Source: Eledone cirrhosa (lineage: Eukaryota). Taken from it: 64,000 nt of DNA. Made by a program: the position numbers and the translations under genes. Under the pieces are notes generated by a model. That model did not search any database. It worked only from the letters and a program-made list of their open reading frames with translations, and was not told the DNA's origin. The stretch spans positions 137,578,001 to 137,642,000 of the forward strand of contig OZ024742.1 in the NCBI GenBank assembly GCA_964016885.1, read 5' to 3'. Below are positions 1 through 11,984 of the stretch, piece after piece. Position 1 is the stretch's first letter. Each line of letters opens with the position of its first letter.

Positions 1-1132
1 GGATCGTGGCTTTGTTGCCACGACGCGCCTCCGCCACTCGGGCCCATTGAACGGCTTTCGTCCCCTCGTGTCTGAGAGCACGCACCCTAGCTCTGACAAC
101 GCAGCCTTCGTGCTTTGCATTGAAGAATTGGTCAAGGGCCAATTTCGCCGCAAGTACGTCGGTCGCGATGCCTTTGCTAAGCGCCTCATCTAATTTTCTA
201 CCTAATTCTCCCTCTGCTCTATTTTTCTCTATTGCTAAAGTCTTACTAAACCTAATGGACTCTATTCTAATTGCTCTTTTCAGAGCAAACCACCACTTGT
301 TCTTGACGATGGCCCCCGTCAACGCCCGCTTAACTAGTTCGCTAATCCGGTCTCTGTAGGCCTTGCGCGCTGGTAAGGACGCGTTTAACTTCCAGTAGCC
401 GGGTCCTCGTCTATGAAGCCTATCTAAGTCAAGCACACAGATCACGAATTTGTGGTCCGTGTAGCTGACTATCTTGAATTGTGGACAGCCTATGCTAGAC
501 CTATCTATTTCCCTACAAAATACTCTATCTAGATATGATCTGGATGACCCTATGCGATTTGTCCAAGTCCACATTGGTACATTCGGGAAATCCATTCGGT
601 ACCTCTCAGACAGTTCAAAACGTCTGAGCAGGTTGGTGAGACTCTTGCACCCTCCTTCCCTATCCACTAATCCCACACAATCCCAGCGTGCATCTAAGAT
701 CCCGTTCCAGTCGCCCACTAACACTAAAGAGCGGGACGTTCCAAGAAAGGTCTCCAGACGCCGGAAGAAATCAGGCCGCCCTGCTCCTGTCGGGGCATAG
801 ACGGCCACTAACCTGAAAGCTTGCCCGTCTCCGCTGGTCACGTCCAGCACCACCAACTTACCTTCTGGGTCCAGGAAGATGGCCCGTATGGCAAGATCCA
901 AACCTCTCCGAAAAAGCACAGCAACTCCTCCCCCCGATCCCGGACGGCTGGGAGATGCGTACACATCGTAGCCGCCGAAGATCGGTGCGAAAGCCTGTGC
1001 TTCGGAGATTCTGGTCTCGCTGATGGCCACTACATCTATGTTTAGTGACCTGAGGTCGTTGAGCAGGTGGCCCTGCTTCCATGACGACCCCAAGCCACGC
1101 GCATTTATGCTGCCTATTCTGAGTGAGGTCAT
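1..1132 (-). CDS. Tx1-type ORF2 N-terminus (APE endonuclease), open to the window edge
   Basis: ATG at 1132 gives MTSLRIGSINARGL..AISET..SGGGVAVLF..VYAPT..GDWN..YLDRVF..TDH..GPGYWKLN. The 6-G run keeps the frame here, unlike copies T-C and T-D. Confidence 0.88.
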   Translation of the reverse strand, partial: MTSLRIGSINARGLGSSWKQGHLLNDLRSLNIDVVAISETRISEAQAFAPIFGGYDVYASPSRPGSGGGVAVLFRRGLDLAIRAIFLDPEGKLVVLDVTSGDGQAFRLVAVYAPTGAGRPDFFRRLETFLGTSRSLVLVGDWNGILDARWDCVGLVDREGGCKSLTNLLRRFELSERYRMDFPNVPMWTWTNRIGSSRSYLDRVFCREIDRSSIGCPQFKIVSYTDHKFVICVLDLDRLHRRGPGYWKLNASLPARKAYRDRISELVKRALTGAIVKNKWWFALKRAIRIESIRFSKTLAIEKNRAEGELGRKLDEALSKGIATDVLAAKLALDQFFNAKHEGCVVRARVRALRHEGTKAVQWARVAEARRGNKATI

Positions 1133-1166
1133 GTTGAAAAGGAGTGGAAAAGATGGGAAAGACCAC

Positions 1167-3122
1167 TTACCTTACTTCTCGTAGGGGAAGGACGGCTTTT
1201 CCATCCTTTTCACTGCTTGTGGCCTCCTCAGGAAGGATGTCCTTATAAATCCTCCTGGAGAGTGCTTGTCGGAAGTCTCCGATGTCTTTGGGGAATTTTT
1301 GTTTTAGTGTCATGTACGTTTTCTGTGTGATGCGAGTGATTTGTATGTGTGGAGGTGGTGTGAATTTTGGGGTTGTTGTGTAGTCTTTTTCTGTGATGCT
1401 GGTGTTGTGTTGGATGTAGTGTAATAATTGCTTGTTGTTCAAATTTAATGCTGTGTAGTGTGTATCGTTTTGGTTGTTTTGTTTTGTTTGCGTTTGTTGT
1501 GGGTTTGTTTCTGTTTCGCATTTTGGTGACTTTTGTGGTGTAGGTGATTGTGGTGCTGGGGATAATGATGGTGATGGTGTTGGTGTTTGGGTTGATGGGG
1601 TTGGTGATGCTGGTGTGGATGGTGGCATATCTGTCCTAACTTTTTTGTTTCTTAGTTTATTTGTTTCCCTCTGTATTTTGTTTTTGGAGGGGGAAGGAAG
1701 AGAATTTTTTCTTTTTTGGTTTCTTTTTTTTTTTCCGGATATCGTTTCCCACTCCTCGTCGTCACAATCTGTCTCCAGTTGTGATAGGCCGGGGAGTGGA
1801 AAATCCTCCACAGCCGTTAGTTTTGGTTGTGGTGTGGTGGATGGTGTAGGCGCTGGTGCTAGTTCTGGCACGTTGGGTGGTGGTGGTGTTGGTTTTGCTG
1901 GTGGTGGTAGTGGTGTTGGTTTTGCTACTGTTGCTGGGGTTGTTGTTGTTATAGTTGCTTCTGTTGTTGCTGCTACAGTTGTTGCTGGCATCTCTGCTAC
2001 TGGTGGTGTTGATGGTTGTGTCACTGGGGTGGGTAGGAGAGGTGGCCTCAACCTTTTAGCCTGAGGGCAGAAAGCCCTTAGGTGGGTTCCTTCACCACAA
2101 ACGACACACCTAGGTTTTCTGCCCTCGACAATTACCGTGAGGTGGCTGCCGTCAGTGAGGTCTATTACCTCTGGGATCTCCTCAATGCTTTTTTGGTCCG
2201 CTTGGATCAGGAGCTCCATCCCAGATCCGGACCAGTTTTCCTGCTTTTCTTTTGCTACTGCTATTATTTTCGTGTTGGCTTTGATGCCGGCGAGGACAGC
2301 CGCTATTAGCCAGGGAATTTCGATGGCCGGTGGAACGTGGGTCACCCTGATCTTTACGAGTCTCTGGCCACAATAGCTTGGGACGAGTGTGAGGTCGTCA
2401 CTTTTTAATGGGGCCATGGAGTGTTCTCTAGCCTCCTCTGGTGTTTCAAAGAACACATCCACGGTTCCATACTTTTGCCCACGTCTGATGTGGGTTTTTC
2501 TTGCCCACACATGTCCCAAAGCTTTTTGGATTTGGGACTCGGATGCCCGTTCCACTCGGCGCGATTTTACATTTATTGTTCTATACGACACGGTGCACAG
2601 GCGCCGATGCTCCATTTTATTAGGTGGGGGGGTGAGGCTGACCCTGTACCCATCTTTCTTTACCATTTGTTTGGCATTTTCTAAATCTTCTTGAGTTACC
2701 GTGAACGCTTCGAATTGTTTTGCTACGATGGCGAAACTGAGGGTCGGTTTTATAATGTCATTGTTGTTGTTGTTGCTATCGTTAATATTAATTTTATTTT
2801 CAGTTGTGGTGGTGGTGACATCAGTCGTCTTTGGTGGGGAAGAGTCCATTTTGCTTGATTTCATTTCGACGTCACGAGTTAATTTATTTTTTTCTTCTTT
2901 TGTTTCTGTTGTCGCGGTGGTGGTGGTGGAGGGTTTAACACCTGCAGTCATTGGTAATGGCGGGAAATGAATGTCTGCCTGAGACAAATTTAAAATATTG
3001 CTACTGCTTATATTTTTTTTTGTGTTGGCAAACGTAGTAACATTTACAATGGTGGTGTCGGTGTGAGGTGTTATTTTGTGAGGAAGGCTTTCAGCTGCTT
3101 CGTGCAGAGGGGAATTAGCCAT
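1167..3122 (-). CDS. Tx1-type ORF1 (gag-like RNA-binding protein), intact 651 aa
   Basis: CCHC knuckle CVVCGEGTHLRAFC, probable RRM-like region upstream, Pro/Thr-rich linker and basic KKKRNQKRK tract. Lies directly upstream of ORF2. Confidence 0.9.
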   Translation of the reverse strand: MANSPLHEAAESLPHKITPHTDTTIVNVTTFANTKKNISSSNILNLSQADIHFPPLPMTAGVKPSTTTTATTETKEEKNKLTRDVEMKSSKMDSSPPKTTDVTTTTTENKININDSNNNNNDIIKPTLSFAIVAKQFEAFTVTQEDLENAKQMVKKDGYRVSLTPPPNKMEHRRLCTVSYRTINVKSRRVERASESQIQKALGHVWARKTHIRRGQKYGTVDVFFETPEEAREHSMAPLKSDDLTLVPSYCGQRLVKIRVTHVPPAIEIPWLIAAVLAGIKANTKIIAVAKEKQENWSGSGMELLIQADQKSIEEIPEVIDLTDGSHLTVIVEGRKPRCVVCGEGTHLRAFCPQAKRLRPPLLPTPVTQPSTPPVAEMPATTVAATTEATITTTTPATVAKPTPLPPPAKPTPPPPNVPELAPAPTPSTTPQPKLTAVEDFPLPGLSQLETDCDDEEWETISGKKKRNQKRKNSLPSPSKNKIQRETNKLRNKKVRTDMPPSTPASPTPSTQTPTPSPSLSPAPQSPTPQKSPKCETETNPQQTQTKQNNQNDTHYTALNLNNKQLLHYIQHNTSITEKDYTTTPKFTPPPHIQITRITQKTYMTLKQKFPKDIGDFRQALSRRIYKDILPEEATSSEKDGKAVLPLREVR

Positions 3123-3331
3123 TTTTTTTCAAAGAAATTTTTGGATAATAATAAAAGTTAAAATTTTGGGCACAAGGCCCCAATCTTTTTGGGTGTCCTT
3201 TTCGGAAAACAATGTATGTGTGCTTATAAACAGTTTACAATAAAATTTTCCATAAATGGCAATTTTTAAACAAACGGATATAACAAACCTTTGCGGAGCT
3301 CACGATAATACGATTTCCTACGTAGGTCGCC

Positions 3332-3375
<44 letters not shown>
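3332..3375. repeat. (AAT)n microsatellite between two Tx1 copies
   Basis: Pure AAT repeats between the 5' end of T-A and the 3' end of T-B. Confidence 0.95.
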
Positions 3376-3376
<1 letters not shown>

Positions 3377-4640
3377 GATTTCATTTATTGGCCACAAGGG
3401 CCGACATGTAGGGGACAATACAAAGACAGTGACAGTGGGGGTTTACAAAAAGGTCGAGTATAAGTACATAATGGCAAGACTAATTTAACAATGAAGATAT
3501 AAACGTATAAAATAAACTGTGCATAAATATAACAAGATAAATTCCCTATAGGGGAAGGACGACCCAAGGATCACTCAGATACCCCACCTGAACTACCCTG
3601 CGTTTCTAGAGAACCCAGGCAGACCACCCCTCTCCTCAAATTAGCTAGCCTATAGGCGCATTGTCAGAGTAGGCCCATTAACACGGGCCATTCTCGCCAC
3701 ATTCATCCACCTTTTAGCAGATGTACTGGGAGGCAGCACTTCTCGCTCCACCCTCACATACCTTTCCCGGGGAAACTTGAAAAAGTTGATGAGGGATTGG
3801 CCGAAGAGAAAAGTGTCTGGTCCACCATATAGCCTCTTTTGCAACTGCCACCAGACAGAGAAGAACTGCCTGCTCTTCCTGGCCAAAGGAAGCCGGCGGA
3901 TCGATCTTAACTATGGACTCGGCCGATAGCCGGATCCGTTCTACACGCGACAGTAGCTGTTCGACATAAATCAGTAATGCACGGACATTGGACAAATACG
4001 TGCAGAACGGTTTCGTCGCTCTGTGCGCATCTCGGGCGGGTCCGTGCCTGTAGAGTTTGTCCCGAACCAGCAGTGCCCCCCGGTAGCACTGCCAAGCGAG
4101 GGATTTCTGGAAATTGTCTATCGTCCCCGACTCGAAAATCCTCCGGCACAAACTGGTGAGTTCCACTTCGTCGATGCTTAGAGCCTCTCCGAGTCCGTCG
4201 TCACTCTTCCCACCACTAATCCTCCATAGAACTCGAGAGTGGAAGTTCCACTGATCGCATTGCCCGCTTGGTAGAGGGCAGTGAGTGCCTAGCAACATTC
4301 CAGATGCCAGTAATCCAGTCTCGGTCTCTTCTTGACCCAGGACTGCAGCTCAGCCAAAGAGACGAGCTGCGGAAAGGCCCGTCTGACAAACGGTGACCAC
4401 ACCTGTTCACGGTTTAGGCAGAATATCTGGAGATGCTGCAGTCTCATCGCATGTCTGCGCGTCATTAGCCACGGCATGCCCAATCCTCCGCGTAGAGGGT
4501 GCTGGCAGCAGATGGACCGTCTCACCAACGGAACCTGTCCCACCCACAAGAAGTTGAAGAGGAGCCGTTCCAACTTGGCGAGGCACGGACGGGGTACAAG
4601 GCGCCTCATTGGTGGCGCTATATTCGTAAATTCATCCATA
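3376..4640 (-). mobile_element. 5'-truncated, frameshifted Tx1-type element T-B (ORF2 C-terminus plus 3' UTR; second subfamily)
   Basis: Fragments LERLLFNFLW..GGLGMP, NFQKSLAWQCYRGAL and RVNGPTLTMRL. The 3' UTR matches 55286-55512 and contains AATAAA. Confidence 0.88.
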
Positions 4641-4782
4641 ATATTGAAAGGTCATGTCTAATTTGACATTACACAGCTAATTATAGGAAAACAATTAGTA
4701 CTTGGGATCTCATTGTTGTTGTGGCAATAACAGTATCCGAAATTTCAGCATGGTTATCTATCCCTTTTCCACATCTGTCTCT

Positions 4783-4896
<114 letters not shown>

Positions 4897-5145
4897 TTTT
4901 TTTTCTTTGAAGTTTGATGATTCACCACTGGATCGCCATCGAGGCAATTTTTTTTCATCTGATTTCTCTCCTTGTAACGTCTAGGATTGTGTTTACCATT
5001 ATTCCTTTATTGTGTAAATATTATACAATCTACACCTAATCTACACCAGGATTCTACGTAATCTCTCCACTAAAATTAATAGAGTGTTTGTAGAAATAAG
5101 TTTGGAAGGAATTTCACCTGTCTGGTATCCTTTCATTTTATTCAA

Positions 5146-5251
<106 letters not shown>

Positions 5252-5294
5252 GTGGCGGGTATTTTACCCGCCCTATATAGAGAATATATGTATA

Positions 5295-5856
5295 TCTTTA
5301 TATATATAAAAGCGAAGATGTGTGTGTGTCTGTGTACAAGTTGGCATGCATAAGGCTTTCACAATTACCAACTGAATTTGACAAAATTGTATGTGCACGT
5401 TGCATAGGTCACTAACATTGTTACATCACAAACATTTTTCAAATCGACTCACGTTTAGCAATAAAAAATCGATATCAAAATTATCGATAGAAAAATTGAT
5501 GTAAGGGTGATAACAAACTTTATTAACAATCCTTATAAGAAAGGGAGATAACCTTTTCACCAAATATGCCCGTATTAACTTTTTGTACTTTAGCAAAACT
5601 GCCTGTTTTTTTTACAGATTTGCAACGTGTATTGTCTTTAATCATTTGTATAACTACATCCTGTTCAGTTTTTTCCTTCATTATCAGCATAGTTTTATGT
5701 GTACAGAGATTGCACTAAATATTCGTTTGCATTAATTATTGAAGACCTTCTGCTTATTTTGACAGGTTGGCGCCAAATAATGTTCTTCTTTTACTTCCTA
5801 GCTGTATATTCTTAGCATAATATCAAACCCCAAGCAACGCCGGGTAAATCTGCTAG
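5295..5856 (+). mobile_element. Non-autonomous Helitron
   Basis: 5' TC preceded by A (TCTTTATATATATAAAAG..GTGTGTGTCTG). 3' hairpin-like CCCCAAGCAACGCCGGG then CTAG followed by T. No TSD. Confidence 0.75.
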
Positions 5857-5916
<60 letters not shown>

Positions 5917-6054
5917 TGAAAATCAACGAACAAAACACAGGAGGCAATTGTACACATATACATATGTTCATATATTTGTTACATTATTACAACTGTAATA
6001 TTCTTGAACCACTGGTAAAGTTTTATACTCATCTTACTTCCATCCTTTTTTTTC

Positions 6055-6640
6055 CAGAACAACGAAATCAAAATGTTTTTATTTTGATGTGTATTTTGAT
6101 ATACTGCCCTATATTTAGGGTTGACTGCTCTAATTGCATTACTTGATGACCACTTTGTAACTCATTATTCAACTTCATTGCTGTCCACGTGACACCAAAT
6201 CATCACATGTAGTCAGCTTTTATTCCAGCGTGGTATCATTCGCTGATATATCGCATCTACGGTGACGAGTCAGCTTTTTAATTGATCTACTAATAAAAAC
6301 AATTATATTTTGTGGTGCTAGTTCAAACACAATTCCTACTGACTAAAATCTCTGCCTCGTATTCCATTAGTTCTGCTTTGTTTATTTTAACCATGGTAGT
6401 TCGTACTTTCTTCTTTGAAATTTGAAACATCTGTATAGGACTAATTTTGGTATGATAAATAATATAATGTATTTTTTTAATGTTCTGATGTCTTTTGTAC
6501 CTGTAATATATAACATTTTATAATTATTTCGTTTTGTGGAATATTCGCGTATAAGTGAACTCTGGAATGGATTTTTCTAATCTTACTTCTATTGAGCTTT
6601 TACAGAACAACGAAATCAAGATGTTTTCATTTTGATGTAT
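6055..6640. repeat. ~40-bp direct repeats (6055-6095 and 6603-6640) in an unclassified element
   Basis: CAGAACAACGAAATCAA(A/G)ATGTTTT.ATTTTGATGT present twice. Confidence 0.6.
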
Positions 6641-6649
6641 ATATATATA

Positions 6650-6842
6650 TATGAACATTTTTAACCCCGACGGTAGAGCTCAAGCCGTTTCGACAGCTAT
6701 TTCTGGACTGGAGTAGCCCTCGAAACGGCTTGAGCTCCGCCGTCGGGGTTAAACATTTTCATATTACCCACTCTATTGCCCTAAGTATTGAGTACTCTGG
6801 TGCATTATGGTCTATCTGGTTCCTTACCACACCTCCTTCGTT
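6650..6842 (+). mobile_element. Short Penelope-like (pLTR-type) element with a fold-back palindrome, family P1
   Basis: Palindrome 6650-6762 carrying the hammerhead 3' half GAAACGGC..GCCGTC. Homologues at 16945-17129 and 18098-18294. All three sit in (TA)n. Confidence 0.65.
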
Positions 6843-6865
6843 ATATATATATATATATATATATA

Positions 6866-7680
6866 GAAGTACTTCACAGCAGTTAGTTCACAACTACCGA
6901 GAACGATTGTTTCACCTTATTCGGATCATCAGCTCGGTCTAAATGAAGTTGTATGGAAAAGGAAAAACAACTGTACGAATACGCATGTGCTGTAACAATC
7001 ACTTCTCCTGGGGGAGGTAAACCCACAATAGATTGATGTAAGGGAGATAAATGTGGATGCTCAAAATAAATTATTCATGTTATTCAGAATATCATAGATT
7101 GTTCATGTTAGTCAATCTGGAGCTTTGTAATTATACAATCGGTATTATTAGACGTGTGGACAACATGAACAAATTTCACTCCTTGAATTTAGACAAACGC
7201 TATTACGTAATCTTCTCAGGATATTTACGCTTTTTTCAATGCAGAACCCACAGTTTAGACTATCATGGCTTAGTCTAATCCATAAGTAAATTTTTGATAA
7301 TTAGTAGTTAGTAATAAGACTTAAAAACAAAGTAATGTGGATTTTAAGAATATATAATTATGGTTTCTTAAATGAGGTTTTAAACTACAAGTAACGTAGT
7401 GCGGCATTTCAACATGAAAAGGTTCTCTACATTAAATATATGGTTATCTGTTTACCATGTGCAACTGTAGCAGATGCAATGCACAAATCCCAATAGCATC
7501 CCAAAACTAGCTAGCTGATCCTTCACTGCAAAGTTTCTGTCGTTACAGTGTTGACATTGATAATGAACTAATGAACTCTTCTCCTGAACCGAGTAGTAAA
7601 TGAATGTTTCGCTAATGTTTTTTAAGAATGCTACATGTCTGAGGTGTTCAATGTCCACTCCCTGCTGGATGGTTTAATTC
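6866..7680 (-). mobile_element. Decayed Penelope-like element 3' end (GIY-YIG-like remnant plus hammerhead-bearing terminus)
   Basis: Remnant peptides KSSLVHYQCQHCN and TDNHIFNVENLFML resemble PLE endonuclease motifs. A hammerhead lies downstream on the same strand. Confidence 0.45.
6896..6938 (-). ncRNA. Minimal type I hammerhead ribozyme motif
   Basis: ACCGAG-CTGATGA-TCCGAATAAGGT-GAAAC-AATC-GTT-CTCGGT. Helix I is a perfect 6 bp; helix II is short and imperfect. Confidence 0.75.
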
Positions 7681-7687
7681 AATATCA

Positions 7688-7719
<32 letters not shown>

Positions 7720-8346
7720 ACACACACACACATACACACACACACACACTCACACACATATATATATATATATATATATAGTGTGTGTGTATTTATTTGT
7801 GTATTTGTGAGTTCGCAGGTGAAAGTATATAGACGGACACACATACCCAAATGTAATCTTCGTTATATGCAGGAAAGCAGACATGTATGCGTGTATGTCT
7901 ATTCATTCTTTGTATGCTTGCCTTATTGCGAATATGCTCTTGATAGATATATTCTACTTTATAGTATTTGTCGCTTACTTAACAGTGAAAGTTGAAAGAG
8001 AATATTTCAACTAGAAGCTTATGTTTAAACCGTCGGCCATGTCGTTTGATAGTGGGTAGTATGTGGGAGAGTCCTAGTGATATGAGCAGTTTACTGTGAG
8101 TTTGCTTCAGACGATCAAAAGAAAACGTAACGTTGAGAAACAGAAGAAAGAGAATAATCTTATAATTATACTGTGGTTAAACGTACACAGACTTACACAG
8201 AGATACATAGATGTACACAGACTTAAACAGGCTTTCACACACACGTATACAAATACACATGTGACTATGTGTGTATGTATGTATCTATGTATGCATGCAT
8301 GTATGTATGTTTGCATGTATATGTGTATAAATATAAATACACACAC

Positions 8347-8401
<55 letters not shown>

Positions 8402-8502
8402 GAAGGGGAGAGAGGGAGAGAGACATAATATATATATATAAATGAAAGTATGCATACGTACACACCTATATACATACACAGGGTGAGAAATAAAATTCTA
8501 AT

Positions 8503-8572
<70 letters not shown>

Positions 8573-8630
8573 GTGTGATGAAAAAAAACGTTATCTCTGA
8601 TCGAGACGAAGCAAAAATGCCTTTGAATAA

Positions 8631-10584
8631 CACTGGTCAACAGCCAAAGTGGTTCTTACATGTGGATATGTGCATCTTACTAATTTCATAGCACTAAATT
8701 CAGTTTTGATATTCATTTTTTGCTATCGGACCAGAATGCCTTAATATGAGATCGAAAATATGTTCCTCGTATTGCATTATTTATCCATTGTGATAAACAT
8801 ATTAACTTATTAATAAAAATATATAAACATATTTTTATTTATTTTTTTAACACTTAGTATATTAACAAAACATTTCTGAACAACGTTCTGAACGTAACAA
8901 AATATTTCAAAACATTTCTAAACAAATTTCTGGATTTTGCTTTTACGCTTGTTTTTCTGACTCTCCTCGCGTTGCAGTGTCCAGCAGTAGTCACCCATCA
9001 TGTTGGGATTGAACTGACCCTGAAACCTACTCTCCACTATGAAACCTGGTGAAACCTCTCTCTCCATGTTCATAACTGATGTCTCCTAGATTACTTGGGA
9101 AGAAATCCAGATGAGAATGGAAGAAATAAAGCTTCAACGACATTCGTGAACCCAGAGCGCGATAATTTTGTATCATGGTTTCAACAATTTCTTTATAGTT
9201 GTCTGCACGGTGGTTTCCAAGAAGGTTCTGTGTCACATCTACAAATGATTTCCATGCATTAGTCTCCAAAGGGTTTAGTGTTTTCGTAAACTCACTATCA
9301 TTAACCAGCATACGAATCTGAGGACCATTCAAAACCCCTGCTTTTAACTTTGCTTCAGATACCACTCTACCCAATTTCTTACACAAGTACTGAAACCTAT
9401 TACCTGTATGATCCATGCTTTTAATAAAGTTTTTGGCCAAGCCTAATTTGAGATGTAATGGAGGGGGGAATACTTTTTCTGGATCCACGGAAGGTTTGTA
9501 CAAACAGTTGAATCTACCGGGTGCATCCTTTGGTCTTGTTGGCCAATTCTTCTTCATGTAGTGCTCCGCATCTGCTCTACTATTCCACAAACATAGAAAA
9601 CACATGCTTTGTGTAACCAGTCTGAAGACCTAGAAGTAGACCATTGTTTATGACGATGACGAGCGGTTGTAATGCGGACGCCAGGTTCCAGCAGGTTTCG
9701 TTGCTTCAGTCTTGATCCCAGGAGCTCTGCCTTTTCTTTAGACAAATGTAGGTCTCTAATGAGATCGTGAAGAGCTTCCTGGTTAAATGGTATGGGTTCA
9801 CTTGTCTCATGTTTGTCTTGATAGTCATCATCAATAGGGGTGCTACTGGAATCAGAGATTAGCTCGTGTTCAGCAGGTGGAACTGGAACAGGTAATTCGT
9901 CCCTGTGAGGTACAGGTCGGATTGCTGACGAGATATCGGGGTAATGAAGTGTAGTTCGTGTCTTCACAGTTATTCCTTGGCTGTTTATATAGCAGAAGTA
10001 GCAATCGTTATTGTGGTCTTTTGGTTCTCGCCACACCATTGGTACAGCAAATGGCAAATCAGAGCTTCGTTTCCCATTCTTCCATTCACTTAGTTGATTA
10101 ACACATGACCTACACGCTATATGAGGCGCCCATTTCTTGTCCTGGTCTCCTAATGGACATTTGAAGTAGCATTTATAGTTTACTCGAACTGCTTTTGTGA
10201 TTGGTTTCTTTATGCTTTCTGGGGTAAAGAGTCCACAAATATAGCAAAATCGGTCCGGGTCATTTACACATTTCCGGCGTTCCATCTCTCCCACTAGTCA
10301 AAGTTGTTGTGAATTATTCAAAAATAGCTGAGGATAGTTACAATTCTGTGATCTAAAACAAAAGCAGTAAATATAAATTAGTTAACTAAATATAGTGGAT
10401 ACAATTAGATGAAGTAATATGAGCCACATAGCTATGGGTCATAAACATGGATATGCCGGTTCTTGAAAACTATACCCGATACAGCTTAACCGTTGTCATG
10501 TTCAGATTCTGCAAACTTGGTTACCCTAGAGTCATACTAAATTATACCAGAACCATGAAAGGAATATTTTTTTGTTGACCAGTG
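8631..10584 (-). mobile_element. Chapaev3-like (CMC superfamily) DNA transposon, defective
   Basis: TIRs CACTGGTCAACA (8631) and TGTTGACCAGTG (10584). 3-bp TSD TAA at 8628-8630 and 10585-10587. Transposase inside. Confidence 0.85.
8935..10285 (-). pseudogene. Chapaev3-like transposase, frameshifted and probably internally deleted
   Basis: N-terminal CYICG..GDQDKKWAPHIAC..C and WREPKDH..DCYFC; PPLHLKLGL; HSHLDFFP.NLGD.S.EHGER; C-terminal MMGDYCWTL. Confidence 0.8.
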
Positions 10585-10587
10585 TAA

Positions 10588-11050
10588 TATAAATATAAGA
10601 AAACTCATCGCTAGAAGAGCCGTTTAAAAAGCTAAATAGTGTCAAAGACAGCGATGGCTAAAACCTCTTAAGAGGACAGAGATCAAGAACCACTGGCCAA
10701 CAGAGAGACAACCCATAATGTGGATGACAGGCAGTTGATATACAGAAAAGATTGAGAGAGGGGGAGAACAAGGTGTAGTGTATGGCGCAGAGAGGTGTCT
10801 GGAAGAAGGAAATAAAGAAAGGCGAGATACAAGACGCGTTTACACACACATCTTCAAACTCATCAGCTCTCAAACCAGCAAATTGCACTCGCACGATTTA
10901 ATTGTGAGTACCATTTTAAAATATTGGTCCGTGCAGCCGAAAAATCAATCTTTCTATTGGAATTATGTGTGTGTGTGTGATAAAACAAACAACACAGATA
11001 AAAGAACGAAAGAAAATAATGGCATAGTGGGCCCAAGCTTGCTTTGTATT
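10588..11050 (+). repeat. Unclassified interspersed repeat; continues at 8590-8630 across the Chapaev insertion; homologous segments at 60900-61420
   Basis: Shared TCATCGCTAGAA and CAGCTCTCA.ACC..GAGTACCATTTTAAAAT blocks. Confidence 0.6.
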
Positions 11051-11196
11051 ATCTGTAGATGGAAAAACTTGTGTGCATGTGTGTATTTATGTTTGGGTAT
11101 ATCAGTGAGTATGCGTCTGTGTGTAATGTGACTTTTTTCTATTTTTTCTATGTATGTGCGTGTGTTTTTCAACGTGTGCATCGAATGAATGGGGTG

Positions 11197-11245
<49 letters not shown>

Positions 11246-11658
11246 TTTCTTGTGTTTTGTCGGATGAGTGTGTATATGTCAATCCACGTGTACAGTCTGT
11301 CTATGTTTATTTTCAATAGCGGAAAGTTTCTGCGTGCACCTATGTGAGCATAAATGTGATTATGCTTATGTATGTGTATGTCTGCGTTTGCGCGTGTGTG
11401 TGTCGGAATATCCACGTGTAATCCGGTCTAGAGAGATGTTGTCGAGAGAGAAGTACGCTCTCCGGAGGAGGTCGTGTGGACAGAGCGGAAGTGGGGAATG
11501 GGCAGGATAAAGGTGGAAGTTAGAGGTGGTGTCACACGCAGAAAGGAAGTGATTTAGAAAAGAGCTGTGGTCGTAGCGTATGTTTATGTGTGTATGTCTA
11601 GTAGGTACAGATGAGAAGGTAGTAGTGGAGATTGTTCATAGCTGGGGGGCTGCGTATG

Positions 11659-11709
<51 letters not shown>

Positions 11710-11984
11710 GGGGATTATGAGTGTGTTTGCTTTTTTTATATCAGGAAACGCTTGACCGCTACTGGTAGCAATGTAAGGATTGCAGCCTGCTGCATGCTCG
11801 AGTCGTCTCATTCCAAACCAGCAATATCAACGAGGCCGACGTTGGGGTCGGGTCCCATGCTTTCATAGGTGTCCTTAAACCAATCATCTGCGAAACGTGC
11901 GTCCGTTGTACATACTGAATAAAAACTTGAAAACATGTAACCGAACGTTCATAGATTTTAATTATTATATATATATCTACATCT

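Larger units (their letters stand above)
1..3331 (-). mobile_element. L1/Tx1-type non-LTR retrotransposon, copy T-A (5' part; runs off the left edge of the window)
   Basis: 5' UTR begins at 3331 next to (AAT)n, followed by ORF1 and then an ORF2 APE domain. Near-identical by eye to 44812-48153. Confidence 0.93.

Noticed and set aside
1474-2970. Plus-strand ORFs antisense to Tx1 ORF1/ORF2 (also 46286-47793 and 52112-53901)
   Set aside because: Shadow frames of low-complexity coding sequence; they recur only because the elements are recent copies.
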